A stretch of DNA of 61,847 bases from a virus (lineage: Duplodnaviria > Caudoviricetes), in IMG/VR virus record IMGVR_UViG_3300048587_000332, positions 1 through 61,847 of that record, one strand, 5' to 3'. Below the pieces are notes generated by a model, which worked only from the letters and a program-made list of their open reading frames with translations, did not search any database and had not been told where the DNA came from. How positions within the stretch are numbered: position 1 is the stretch's first letter; every line of letters starts with the position of its first letter. This document shows, in pieces, positions 1 through 8,671 of this stretch. Position numbers and translations under genes: made by a program.

Positions 1-216
1 CTGAGTGAGGCCGATCTGAGATGGGCCAACCTGAGTTGGGCCAACCTAAGCGGGGCCGACCTGTGGGGGGCCACCCTAAGCGGGGCCAACCTGCGTGAGG
101 CCAACCTGCGTGGGGCCAACCTGAGCGAGGCCGACCTGAGTGAGGCCAACCTGCGTGAGGCCAACCTGCGTGGAGCTGACCTGGGCTGGGTGCACTGGAA
201 CAATGCAGTACTAGCC
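1..216 (+). repeat. Terminal overlap with 61632-61847 (circular assembly)
   Basis: 1-216 equals 61632-61847 except A89 vs C61720; 90-216 (127 bp) is exact. Confidence 0.95.
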
Positions 217-447
217 AACGCCATGGAAGCCCCCTGGCATTTCGGGGTGGGGCGGCACGTCGCCATCGTCCACGAGGGGAAGATCAGCATCGGCTGCTTG
301 ACGGAGACGATAGGCTGGTGGTTGGACCACTACGAGGCAGCGGGTAAGGAGCAGGGTTACTCCGAAGCGGAGATCGCTGAGTACGGTGCCTGGATTCAGT
401 TCGTCGCTGGGAGGCTTGCCCCGAACGGAGGAACATCGGAATCATGA
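1..447 (+). CDS. Pentapeptide-repeat protein, 3' part (continues from 61434 across the junction)
   Basis: Frame 1 is open from base 1 with A(D/N)Lxx repeats ([21 protein letters not shown]...), then a C-terminal IGC...W...GY..EI.EY domain typical of phage pentapeptide proteins. Confidence 0.9.
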   Translation: MSEADLRWANLSWANLSGADLWGATLSGANLREANLRGANLSEADLSEANLREANLRGADLGWVHWNNAVLANAMEAPWHFGVGRHVAIVHEGKISIGCLTETIGWWLDHYEAAGKEQGYSEAEIAEYGAWIQFVAGRLAPNGGTSES

Positions 448-629
448 CCACACTCGACATCCGCGCCATCGCCCGCTCTATTGAGCGTCTTACGGCTCTC
501 TGCGATGCTTTGGAGGTCCTGACGGACCTCCAATCTCATCCCGACATGTCATCCTACGGATGGCGCGTCCTGCAACGTGTAGCCGAACGGCTACGCAGAG
601 AAATTAGATTCGAAAGTGAGATTGATTAA
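444..629 (+). CDS. Hypothetical protein
   Basis: ATGA overlap with upstream stop; SD-like GGAGG/GGAA upstream. Confidence 0.6.
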   Translation: MTTLDIRAIARSIERLTALCDALEVLTDLQSHPDMSSYGWRVLQRVAERLRREIRFESEID

Positions 630-630
630 C

Positions 631-906
631 ATGACAAAACAACGAATGACACTCGAACGAGTCCGCGAGTACACTCTACTTGCATACCTAGCTGAGTCAC
701 GGCGATTAGATCGCTGTGACGATCTGCTAGCTGATACGGCCACGCTAGACCATTACCGGCGAGCGCTCGCGCTCCTAGACCGTCTGGAACGGGTGCCGGC
801 ATCTCCAATGCCCGGAACACGCCGAAACACGATACAGCGGCTCTGCGACGCGATAGCGTCCTACCGCACGCGACGCGCCTTACGCGCCTATGTCGAATCG
901 CTTTAG
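631..906 (+). CDS. Hypothetical protein
   Basis: Tightly packed ORF in the same operon. Confidence 0.55.
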   Translation: MTKQRMTLERVREYTLLAYLAESRRLDRCDDLLADTATLDHYRRALALLDRLERVPASPMPGTRRNTIQRLCDAIASYRTRRALRAYVESL

Positions 907-916
907 GAGTCTCGCC

Positions 917-1132
917 ATGCTAGGAGTCACAATCAAATTTCGCCCCGTCTATACTTGCTCCCAGTGCGGATCTATCGCAGAAGGCGATCTTCGCACTATC
1001 CAAAGTATCGTTTATTCATTGGACGCCATTAAACCTAGATTGAAGGAAACTCCATCTGGTTGGCTACCAATCGGTTGGGCATCCTATTATTCGCCCAAGG
1101 GACATGATTTTCGATGCCCCGGTTGTCAATAG
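917..1132 (+). CDS. Small zinc-ribbon protein
   Basis: CSQC...CPGC; AGGAG SD before ATG 917. Confidence 0.6.
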   Translation: MLGVTIKFRPVYTCSQCGSIAEGDLRTIQSIVYSLDAIKPRLKETPSGWLPIGWASYYSPKGHDFRCPGCQ

Positions 1133-1149
1133 CGATAAAGCGCAAAAGT

Positions 1150-1182
1150 AAAAGCCCAGCTAATTAGCTGGGCTTTTTTTTT
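1150..1182. terminator. Bidirectional intrinsic terminator
   Basis: AAAAGCCCAGCT-AATT-AGCTGGGCTTTTTTTTTT between convergent genes. Confidence 0.85.
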
Positions 1183-1302
1183 GTTAGTTGGTGGGCTTAT
1201 TTGCTAGTCGGAGTAGACGTAGGCTATCCGACGGCTAGCCGATAGATTACATACGCTGGCAGCGCAAGTGCTGCCAGCAACTCGAGAGCGAGCCAAAGGC
1301 CG

Positions 1303-2316
1303 TCATTCCGCACCGGGAGTAACTCCTAGTGTGGACGCAATGTATTCCACTTCCGACCGCGGGATCCGGTGACATCCAGCATGGACAGTCCCATCGGCGT
1401 CAATCCGATCTAGGTGATAGTGCCCTAAGCGGATTGTGTGACCGTTCCATTGCCACTGCTGGCCGGTAGCGATCAAGCGAAGGACGAACGGAAGCGCGCG
1501 TCGAACGTGTTCGACCGGAACCCGCGCTCCCATCGTAGTTTCAACAGAGTCGCCACTCACTCGCAAATACGCGTACGATAGTGCGGACCATTGCATAGCT
1601 ATATTGTCGGGATACGGCAGCCGATTGCGCCAGCAGTCTTTTAGCGTCGACTCCCACCAGGCGCAAAACTGCTCTCGCTCCAAGCGATGTCTCGCCCACT
1701 CTTGCGTCCTGCGTTCCCGTTCGGCTTCCCATCGCGCGTTCCGGGCAATCCTTCGCGTTTCGCGTGTTTCGTCCAATTTCGCGGTGTATTCGGCTTGCAC
1801 AGCTAACGCGGTATCGATATCCGCTTGCGCCAAAGGTTCGAACGGGGCGAAGCCGAAAAATTCCGCCGCATGGTTCGCCTCTGCGATCAAAGATCGCAGA
1901 TCAAGCAACCTTTGCGCCTTAGTTGTCTTGCGCGTCTTAGGTGCATCTAGCGATGCGCGTTTTTCTTCGATGCGGATCCCGTAATCACGGCGGATCACTT
2001 CCGGCCGTGTATCCGTAGGGTCCTGGACGCGGAAACACTTCGTCTCGGGGAACGGAAGCGCACGTCGGACCATGGAAATATGGCCAGCAGTGGTAACCGA
2101 ATAGCGTCTCTCTGTGAGCAAGTACGCCGATTCGCCACGCGCGTTTTCCATGCGCGTCGCAATCGGGAAGTGATGGCCGTACGAATAGATCGTAGGCCCC
2201 CAGAAGTAAAAGTTCCGCTGCGAATTGTACGCAGCGGGGACTGCCTGATGCGCCCACAAGTGAGCAATTTCGTCTGTCGGATAGATCGTTTTCTGTCTTG
2301 CCATGTTGTTATCCAA
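1303..2316 (-). CDS. Hypothetical phage protein (337 aa)
   Basis: Long ORF with IYSYGHHFPIA and YSVTT.H motifs and a coiled-coil middle; function not recognised. Confidence 0.8.
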   Translation of the reverse strand: MDNNMARQKTIYPTDEIAHLWAHQAVPAAYNSQRNFYFWGPTIYSYGHHFPIATRMENARGESAYLLTERRYSVTTAGHISMVRRALPFPETKCFRVQDPTDTRPEVIRRDYGIRIEEKRASLDAPKTRKTTKAQRLLDLRSLIAEANHAAEFFGFAPFEPLAQADIDTALAVQAEYTAKLDETRETRRIARNARWEAERERRTQEWARHRLEREQFCAWWESTLKDCWRNRLPYPDNIAMQWSALSYAYLRVSGDSVETTMGARVPVEHVRRALPFVLRLIATGQQWQWNGHTIRLGHYHLDRIDADGTVHAGCHRIPRSEVEYIASTLGVTPGAE

Positions 2317-2671
2317 TCTCCTGTTCCAGTGAATCGTCCTCTTCGTCGCCGTAGTACTCCTCTAGATACTCTTCGGCTTCGGCTTCGGTACCAAACACAG
2401 ACCATTCCGTGCAGTCCATGTAACCTGGAGCGCTCATCCGTGCGCCGAATCCTGTCGTGATCGTGACAGAGTGAATGGTTGAGGATTCGTAGTAGTCTCG
2501 AACCTCTTCGAGGATGTCGTCCGTAACCTCTTCAGATTGCCGAACAGTCTCAAGAAAATCCGACATGAAGATATCGCCCGGTACGTATGTAATCCCGGAG
2601 TCTCCATCGATCTCGACCCAGTCACCGTACTCAATGAATGGCCGCATGAAAGAATCTTGCGAAAAAGGCAT
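2309..2671 (-). CDS. Acidic hypothetical protein
   Basis: AGGAGG SD; very D/E-rich; ARMSAPGYMDCTEW motif. Confidence 0.75.
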   Translation of the reverse strand: MPFSQDSFMRPFIEYGDWVEIDGDSGITYVPGDIFMSDFLETVRQSEEVTDDILEEVRDYYESSTIHSVTITTGFGARMSAPGYMDCTEWSVFGTEAEAEEYLEEYYGDEEDDSLEQEIG

Positions 2672-2889
2672 TTTGGGGTCCCTCCTGTGGGAAGTCCCAG
2701 ACTATCACGCTATCACGCTGGCACGCAAGCTATTTTCGCGGAATAATGCTTGATCCGTCAACCACGGCAGCTACGCTGCCACTGAAGGTGGCCCATAAGG
2801 GCCATAAAAAGAGGCGGCTTTTGCCGCCTCTATATAGAGCGTTTTCGGGCTTCAGCCCGAAGGGCCAAATTTCGCAGAATTTGTATCCG

Positions 2890-3135
2890 CTACGCGGATA
2901 CCCCCTTTGCGTGCGCTGCCTGTAGCGTAGCTACCGAAGGTGAGAACTCAGGGCGCGAGGCGCAGATGTGTTTCAACACCACCTTCGGTGTAGCCGAAGC
3001 CCGAAGGGCTTCCTCCAGCTTAATGGTCATATAGAAATGCGGGTCGTCTACGGCGACGCCGTAGGCATCGAGCATTTCCAAATCGCGCAGAGTGCGCAGG
3101 ATCGCATCAATCTTCGCTCGTTCGATGTAGTTCAT
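2890..3135 (-). CDS. Hypothetical protein
   Basis: GGGAG SD; overlaps the upstream stop. Confidence 0.6.
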   Translation of the reverse strand: MNYIERAKIDAILRTLRDLEMLDAYGVAVDDPHFYMTIKLEEALRASATPKVVLKHICASRPEFSPSVATLQAAHAKGVSA

Positions 3136-3638
3136 TTGCAGTCTCCCGACTGCGAAGCATCCTCTATTTCGCGTATAATCTCGTTTATTACTCGACAGTC
3201 CTTGTAGGGTATCGGCTTATCTCCCACGTAGCTTTTTGGGTCCCAAAGCCATTTCAAACATTCCCACAACTTTGGCACGCGCAGCGCCAGCTTGAACACC
3301 TTGAGGGCGTCGTCGATGTGAACCCCGTGGGCGTTGAGGCTGGTGTCAACGCGGAAGACGTTGCCAAAAGCAAATCGCTGCGCGTCTCCAAGGCAAGTAT
3401 CCCAAAAATGCAGATCGCAAACCTCCCCCGTAGCCGTGATGACGCGGCAAGGTTCTCCGTTCCGAATAAACCGCTCCTCCACCGGCTCAAAGAGCCGCCT
3501 GTCGGACGCTTGCCCGTAGTTGACACTAGCGAAGCCTTCAGCAATGAAAAGGCCAATGGAATCTTCTTCCCAGATAGTGCCGGGGTCTACGACAACCCCG
3601 TCTGCGGGAATCGGCACGATGTTTCGAATCTTCTTCAT
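3132..3638 (-). CDS. Hypothetical protein
   Basis: 168 aa ORF downstream of element E1. Confidence 0.7.
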   Translation of the reverse strand: MKKIRNIVPIPADGVVVDPGTIWEEDSIGLFIAEGFASVNYGQASDRRLFEPVEERFIRNGEPCRVITATGEVCDLHFWDTCLGDAQRFAFGNVFRVDTSLNAHGVHIDDALKVFKLALRVPKLWECLKWLWDPKSYVGDKPIPYKDCRVINEIIREIEDASQSGDCK

Positions 3639-3713
3639 AGTGTTAAATGCGGCTAGACCGCTCCTCCTTCTTCGGCCCCGAAGGGGCCTTCTACGAAGCC
3701 CGCGAAGCGGGCC

Positions 3714-3798
3714 TAAACCGCAGGACAGGGGACCTGGCGGTCCCGCTGTCGCTGTGGTGGTCTACAACAAGTTTGCCGCACTTCGCGCACAAATGCAA
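3714..3798 (-). ncRNA. Promoter + hairpin small-RNA unit E1
   Basis: TTGCAT-17-CAAACT, then TGTTGTAGACCACC and a hairpin ACAG-C-GACAG-C-GGGACC(GCCA)GGTCCC-CTGTC-CTG. Confidence 0.55.
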
Positions 3799-3948
3799 GG
3801 GCTTTTGAATCAAAAGTTCGTTAAAACTTTTTAATGCAAGCCGAAGGCACTTTACCCTTGAACAGGGCGCAAAGCGCCTATAATATACCTATAGAAGCTG
3901 CCGGCGCAGCGGCCTTACGGTCAATCCCTGAAGAGAAGGAGGTTCTGG

Positions 3949-4137
3949 ATGAAGCATGTAGATTGGTTACAAATTCCCCATCCAACAACCGGGCAATTGT
4001 GTGCCGTTGAAATTCTAGGTGATTCTGACGGCTACTATTCCCGGACGGAATACCCGTTCGAAGAGGAAATAATGGGGCCATTTACGTCCCCACGGGAGGT
4101 ACAGGAGTATCTGTGGGCGCTGTACGGCAGATCGTAG
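3949..4137 (+). CDS. Hypothetical protein
   Basis: AAGGAGGT SD; ends ...GPFTSPREVQEY. Confidence 0.65.
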   Translation: MKHVDWLQIPHPTTGQLCAVEILGDSDGYYSRTEYPFEEEIMGPFTSPREVQEYLWALYGRS

Positions 4138-4164
4138 CCGCAAAGTGCGCTTGAGGGGGAGCAC

Positions 4165-4420
4165 TAACGCTCCGAAGTAACGTTAACTTAACGTTAACGC
4201 CGGAGTTAACATGCCATTTAACGCGAAGAAAAGGAGAACACCTTCGGTGTTTCGTGGCGCAGCCACGAAATTGTAGCCGTATGACTACTACCTCCGGGGC
4301 CGAGCGTAAGCGGAAGGCCCCGGTCAGTATACAGTATAGGTATACTTTCATATTTGTACTGTCCTATACTCCCTTACGGGAGTATAGGTATAACTATAGT
4401 AGTATATAGTATATAGCAAG
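4165..4420. other. Candidate replication origin or control region
   Basis: Clustered GTTAAC/AACGTTAAC palindromes, TATA-rich tract and 11-bp inverted repeat at 4363-4388 at the start of the replication arm. Confidence 0.4.
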
Positions 4421-4466
4421 TTGAGTGCCAAGCTGCTCCGAAGGAGCAGAGAAAGAGAAGGAAAAA

Positions 4467-4769
4467 ATGCTTTCAGTTGGAAACGTGAGACACACCCGTC
4501 TCAAAAACGGAGAAGAGTGCCTCTACTTCGATGTGACTTTTAAGTTTGCTTCAGGCAAAACTTTGCTTGTGAAGGGCTTTCAGTTGTTTCGCGCAGCGGT
4601 GCACCCGCCTAAGTCGCGGGACAAGATAGGTGCCTATTGGCCTGTTTTTTCTCTGCCTGACTGGGCAGAAGCGGAAATCTGTGCTAACCTACGTTCAATG
4701 GGCTTGGAGGCGAAGCATCCGAACGTAGCATTTCCGCCTTCGGCGGAAGAGGAGGTCCAATGGACCTAA
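4467..4769 (+). CDS. SpoVG-like nucleic-acid-binding protein (putative)
   Basis: FDVTF...LLVKGFQL....V.PPKS.....YWPV pattern resembles the SpoVG fold. Confidence 0.45.
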   Translation: MLSVGNVRHTRLKNGEECLYFDVTFKFASGKTLLVKGFQLFRAAVHPPKSRDKIGAYWPVFSLPDWAEAEICANLRSMGLEAKHPNVAFPPSAEEEVQWT

Positions 4770-5476
4770 CAACGATTGACCTCTCGAAAGGCGCTTACAC
4801 AGTGCGCGTTCCGCGCAAAGAGCGCAGCTTCTCAGCTTCGCTAGACGACTGGACCTTCGAACTAGGCGCTTTCATGTGGCTTGAGGGGCTTTTCGACGAA
4901 GATGCGGCCCTACAAGGCCGCTCCACGATGAAGCACAACCTCATTCTGACGGCTCCTAGCGGAGCGCAGGCGCTCTTTGAACACATCTGCCTGTCGGCAG
5001 AAGGGCTGTACTTTGACTACATCCCCCATTCGTGGCAATCGGCCCTGGCCGATTGGGAAAAGCGCATAGGGGAGGTTTACCTCCATTTGGTCGAAGACCA
5101 AGGCATGTTCGAGGAAAGCTACACCGCTGCGCGGTGGGCTTCTTCCGTACAACAGATCGCTAGTAGAGGGTTGCCTCGCAAGAAAACGAACTTCGTTGAA
5201 GGTGCCCCCGTCCAACGACTTCATCGGTTCTTTCAACGCTGCTTCCTAGCGGACGACAAAGGGAAGCCGCTTTCAGGGCATCTTCGCTGGTTTACTAAAG
5301 TACTGGCGGAGGACAACTCGGCGGACTACGGAGACCTCATCTGTCTACACGACGAAGGGGCTAAAGAGTTTCGGCTCTTGTCCCATTCTCAAACGCTTCT
5401 ATCAAAGGAAGCGGTCGAGCAGTTCAAACTTTCGGTGGATGAGGTGCGGTTTTTCTTAGAAGAGTTGGAGGATTGA
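4760..5476 (+). CDS. Hypothetical protein (238 aa)
   Basis: GAGGAGG SD; long ORF. Confidence 0.75.
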   Translation: MDLTTIDLSKGAYTVRVPRKERSFSASLDDWTFELGAFMWLEGLFDEDAALQGRSTMKHNLILTAPSGAQALFEHICLSAEGLYFDYIPHSWQSALADWEKRIGEVYLHLVEDQGMFEESYTAARWASSVQQIASRGLPRKKTNFVEGAPVQRLHRFFQRCFLADDKGKPLSGHLRWFTKVLAEDNSADYGDLICLHDEGAKEFRLLSHSQTLLSKEAVEQFKLSVDEVRFFLEELED

Positions 5477-5532
5477 CTCGTAGCTAAACTAGTTATTAAC
5501 GAATGGTACAATGGAAGTAGGAGATATCTTTC

Positions 5533-6201
5533 ATGTCCATTCACAAAGCTAGGTATGGCTCGGTCGAGATGCTTCGGGAGCACTGTCCCGACTGCGGGAG
5601 GATTTCCTTGATCCAAGATGGCAAGTTTCTCTGTTGTGACTTGCCGGTAGGGACTTCTGCTGCCGAGGTCAAAGCTGTGAAACAGATGATTGCTTTGCCT
5701 CGCAGACGTAAATTACCGCCTGCTTCGGCTCTCCAGCGTAGACTGGAAGCACAGAAGCATCAATGCTTCTACTGTGGGCAGCCTTTCGGCACGCCCTACT
5801 GGAGTCGAGATCGGCTGTGCTTTACCCGAGTAGAATGGGATCACATGGTTCCGTTCATCTACTCACACAACAATCAACTTGAGAATTTCGTCGCTTGTTG
5901 CCAAGTATGTAACCATAGTAAGGGCAGCAAGATGTTCGACACACTCACGGAGGTACGTCGTTATGTCGCAAGAAAATGGGCCAAACTCGAATACGAGTGT
6001 CCTTCCCCCGAAGAAATGCAAACACTGTCAGACCTCTTTTCAGCCGAACAGATACTGGCAGGACTTTTGCTCGACCAACTGCCGGGTGAAACACTGGCAC
6101 CTGCTGAAACGGCCTTTACTCCTTACGCCGACGGAACTATCGAAATTGCTCCAGAATCCAGCGAATCGTTCTATTCTGACGAGACTACACCAGCAGGCTA
6201 A
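5533..6201 (+). CDS. HNH endonuclease
   Basis: CFYCG...EWDHMVP...N...N.VACCQVCNHSKG; own promoter TGGTACAAT at 5504-5512. Confidence 0.85.
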   Translation: MSIHKARYGSVEMLREHCPDCGRISLIQDGKFLCCDLPVGTSAAEVKAVKQMIALPRRRKLPPASALQRRLEAQKHQCFYCGQPFGTPYWSRDRLCFTRVEWDHMVPFIYSHNNQLENFVACCQVCNHSKGSKMFDTLTEVRRYVARKWAKLEYECPSPEEMQTLSDLFSAEQILAGLLLDQLPGETLAPAETAFTPYADGTIEIAPESSESFYSDETTPAG

Positions 6202-6319
6202 AAATGCGTTAGGAGAGCATTTGCTCAATGAGGCCCAAACCGCTGACCCCCTGGCGGAAACACCCCTAACGCCGCAGGCGGCAGACCACCGAGACTTTAT
6301 CGAATCACTGGAGGATTGA
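5963..6319 (+). CDS. Zinc-finger protein overlapping the HNH 3' end
   Basis: CKHCQTSFQP......FCSTNCR treble-clef-like motif; stop abuts the next gene. Confidence 0.55.
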   Translation: MSQENGPNSNTSVLPPKKCKHCQTSFQPNRYWQDFCSTNCRVKHWHLLKRPLLLTPTELSKLLQNPANRSILTRLHQQAKNALGEHLLNEAQTADPLAETPLTPQAADHRDFIESLED

Positions 6320-6320
6320 C

Positions 6321-6569
6321 ATGGAATACCTGAGACCCATCAAAACCGCCCCTAAAGACGGAACCTATATCCTCATCTTTGGGAGTAGCGGCTACCTTAA
6401 CACGCCCCTTCGTTGCGAGGTGGCTCGTTGGGAGTATTTGAACGAAGACAGCTTACTTCCAGAAGGCTTCTGGGCCAATCATGCCGGGGACTGGTTTACC
6501 GATGGTGGCCCCGAACCCCTGTACTGGTGCCCTATCCCATCATCCACTTTCAAAATCGAAGAGGCTTAG
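6321..6569 (+). CDS. DUF551-like phage protein
   Basis: RPIKTAPKDGT.IL ... PLYWCPIP. Confidence 0.75.
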   Translation: MEYLRPIKTAPKDGTYILIFGSSGYLNTPLRCEVARWEYLNEDSLLPEGFWANHAGDWFTDGGPEPLYWCPIPSSTFKIEEA

Positions 6570-6953
6570 ATGGCCACCGAACCGCACCTACGCGACGTTG
6601 ACTACGTAGATTTGAAGACCGGCAAAGGTCTTCGCTTCACATTAGTCATCCCTCTCCCTTCGGGAGAAGTCTTCTTAGTCCCTGGCTATCTAGCGCGGAG
6701 GTCCGCTAAGGGGAAACTGGAAGTACTCCCTCCGTCGCGCAAAGCGGGGCACCGTTACTTCCCGGTGGTAGACACCCCTACAGGGCTTCTGCTGGAGATG
6801 ACGGACCTACTCGAAATGCAGTACGGCAAGAAGCTCTACTACAAGCCGCCTAAAGGGCGCAAAGCACCCGGCAGAAAGCGTGTACCGCGCTACGCACCGT
6901 CGGCTACGCCGGAAGAAATTGCAATGGTGGAAACCCCACCGTGGGAGGAATAA
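6570..6953 (+). CDS. Second SpoVG-like protein with basic tail (putative)
   Basis: FTLVI...FLVPGY......L.VLPPSRK....YFPVV parallels 4467-4769. Confidence 0.45.
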   Translation: MATEPHLRDVDYVDLKTGKGLRFTLVIPLPSGEVFLVPGYLARRSAKGKLEVLPPSRKAGHRYFPVVDTPTGLLLEMTDLLEMQYGKKLYYKPPKGRKAPGRKRVPRYAPSATPEEIAMVETPPWEE

Positions 6954-7162
6954 TGGAACCGAAAAAGGGCCAAGTTTGGGCGGATTCATCCGAACTGAGA
7001 GAGATACTCAAAACTGACGCTTCCAGCGTTACCTATGTCTCCAGTATTAGCGCCTGGAACAATAAAATGCGCACTGGCGAACACAAAGACCTATTGCGAG
7101 ACTGGCGCAGCTTTGCTGCAAAAGCCCACTGCCTGTTCGACCCGGAGGTACTTGGCAAATGA
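6953..7162 (+). CDS. Hypothetical protein
   Basis: GGAGG SD; PKKGQVW motif. Confidence 0.6.
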   Translation: MEPKKGQVWADSSELREILKTDASSVTYVSSISAWNNKMRTGEHKDLLRDWRSFAAKAHCLFDPEVLGK

Positions 7163-7407
7163 TGGAAGAAGCCTATAAAGACTACACCTTCAACATCAAC
7201 GTCTACCGGGGTGAGTATGTCACCCTCAAAATGAGACCGCGAGGTCTCGCCCTCACAGTGGCTACGCAACCGGAGCTTCGCTCTATCCGGGAGATTCTAA
7301 AGGCCGTAGGCGAACTGGTCGAGTGCATTAGTATAATCGAAAGAGGGGGCCTATTCTATGCGGATCAAGAAGGACAAGAGCCTGAGCCAAATACGGACGG
7401 AGAGTAA
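7159..7407 (+). CDS. Hypothetical protein
   Basis: ATGA coupling; GGAGG SD. Confidence 0.55.
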   Translation: MMEEAYKDYTFNINVYRGEYVTLKMRPRGLALTVATQPELRSIREILKAVGELVECISIIERGGLFYADQEGQEPEPNTDGE

Positions 7408-7840
7408 AGCAATCGCAAAGCAATTCGTTGACTTGACTGTAGGCCAGGGCCTCTCACAAAGCGAAGCCGCTGTTGCCCTAGGCAATCCAGCTTCGCTGGA
7501 AAGCACGCCTGTACAGGCTGAAATTCAGCGCCTGCTAAGGCAGCAAGACCTCTCCAACGAACAGATCAATCGCCTTCTGACCGCTAAAGCGGTCGAGACA
7601 ATGCTAACTGCTGACCGCGCTAGCGACCAGTTGAAAGCTGCCGAACTACTAGCGAAGAAAAAGGAAGTCGGCTGGGCACCTGCGGAGAAGATCAACATTA
7701 ACATTGCGCTTCTCAAGGAACGCGAAGCACTCCTGGCGGATGTACTCGACTTCACGGGTTACGAGCAAAAAGGAGAAATCATTACAGCCGATTTCGAAGT
7801 TCCTTCGGAGGCTCTCGATTCAAAAAAGGAGGATCAGTGA
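7358..7840 (+). CDS. Putative terminase small subunit
   Basis: N-terminal HTH-like SQSEAAVALG, VQAEIQRL and DQLKAAELLAK, as in TerS proteins. Confidence 0.45.
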   Translation: MRIKKDKSLSQIRTESKAIAKQFVDLTVGQGLSQSEAAVALGNPASLESTPVQAEIQRLLRQQDLSNEQINRLLTAKAVETMLTADRASDQLKAAELLAKKKEVGWAPAEKININIALLKEREALLADVLDFTGYEQKGEIITADFEVPSEALDSKKEDQ

Positions 7841-8394
7841 AGGTTTTAATAGCTTGTGAATTTTCAGGCATCGTTCGAGATGCCTTCCTCCGCAAAGGAC
7901 ATATTGCTTTATCTTGTGATCTACTCCCAACTGAACAAGAAGGTCCCCACTTTCAAGGAAACGTTCTAAATATTCTACATGATGGATGGGATCTTATGAT
8001 AGCTCACCCTCCCTGCACGCATTTAGCGGTAAGTGGCGCTCGCTGGTGGAAGAGCAAACAGGCGGAGCAAGCAGAGGCTCTCGATTTTATCCGAGAGCTA
8101 CTCAACGCGCCAATTTCCAGAATTGCATTAGAAAATCCTATTTCACGCATCTCTACAGCAATCCGTAAACCGGATCAAATCGTTCAACCTTGGATGTTTG
8201 GTCATGGGGAGACTAAAGCCACTTGTTTATGGCTGAAAAATCTGCCGCCGCTGAAGCCGACCAACATTGTCACAGGACGAGAGGCTCGCATTCATCGTAT
8301 GGCTCCCTCAGTAACTCGATGGAAGGATCGTAGTCGTACCTATTATGGCATCGCGGAAGCAATGGCAGAACAGTGGGGAGAACGAAGTTCATGA
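7837..8394 (+). CDS. C5-cytosine DNA methyltransferase (short phage type)
   Basis: VLIACEFSG, CDLLP, IAHPPCT, ALENP motifs. Confidence 0.85.
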   Translation: MKVLIACEFSGIVRDAFLRKGHIALSCDLLPTEQEGPHFQGNVLNILHDGWDLMIAHPPCTHLAVSGARWWKSKQAEQAEALDFIRELLNAPISRIALENPISRISTAIRKPDQIVQPWMFGHGETKATCLWLKNLPPLKPTNIVTGREARIHRMAPSVTRWKDRSRTYYGIAEAMAEQWGERSS

Positions 8395-8553
8395 GTGATT
8401 CCCCTTCATTCCAGGAAGTCTCTCACGATCCGGCCCTTGCAGGCCGCAAGCGGCCTAATGTCGGAGGGGCTATTGCCCCTCATTTCGGAGACAAGTCTGT
8501 CACTTGGGCTTTCACTCAGATCCTCGAAAAGACCTTCGTTCCTACCCTTCGGG

Positions 8554-8645
8554 TTGCCTTCGGCAGCGAAGCTGTGGTAGACTAGTAGTGCAACCACCCG
8601 GAGAGCGGCGGATTCCGTGCGGGCGGTTCCGTCGTTTTCCTTTTA
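8554..8645 (+). ncRNA. Promoter + hairpin small-RNA unit E2 (variant)
   Basis: TTGCCT-18-TAGACT (TG-extended), AGTAGTGCAACCACCC, hairpin GGAGAGCGGCGGA...TCCGTCGTTTTCC, then TTTT. Confidence 0.45.
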
Positions 8646-8671
8646 CGTTTGGTTTCTGTTATACTGCGTTT

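Noticed and set aside
1-216. Diversity-generating retroelement (A-to-C change in an AAC codon)
   Set aside because: No reverse transcriptase and no TR/VR pair seen; a single mismatch only
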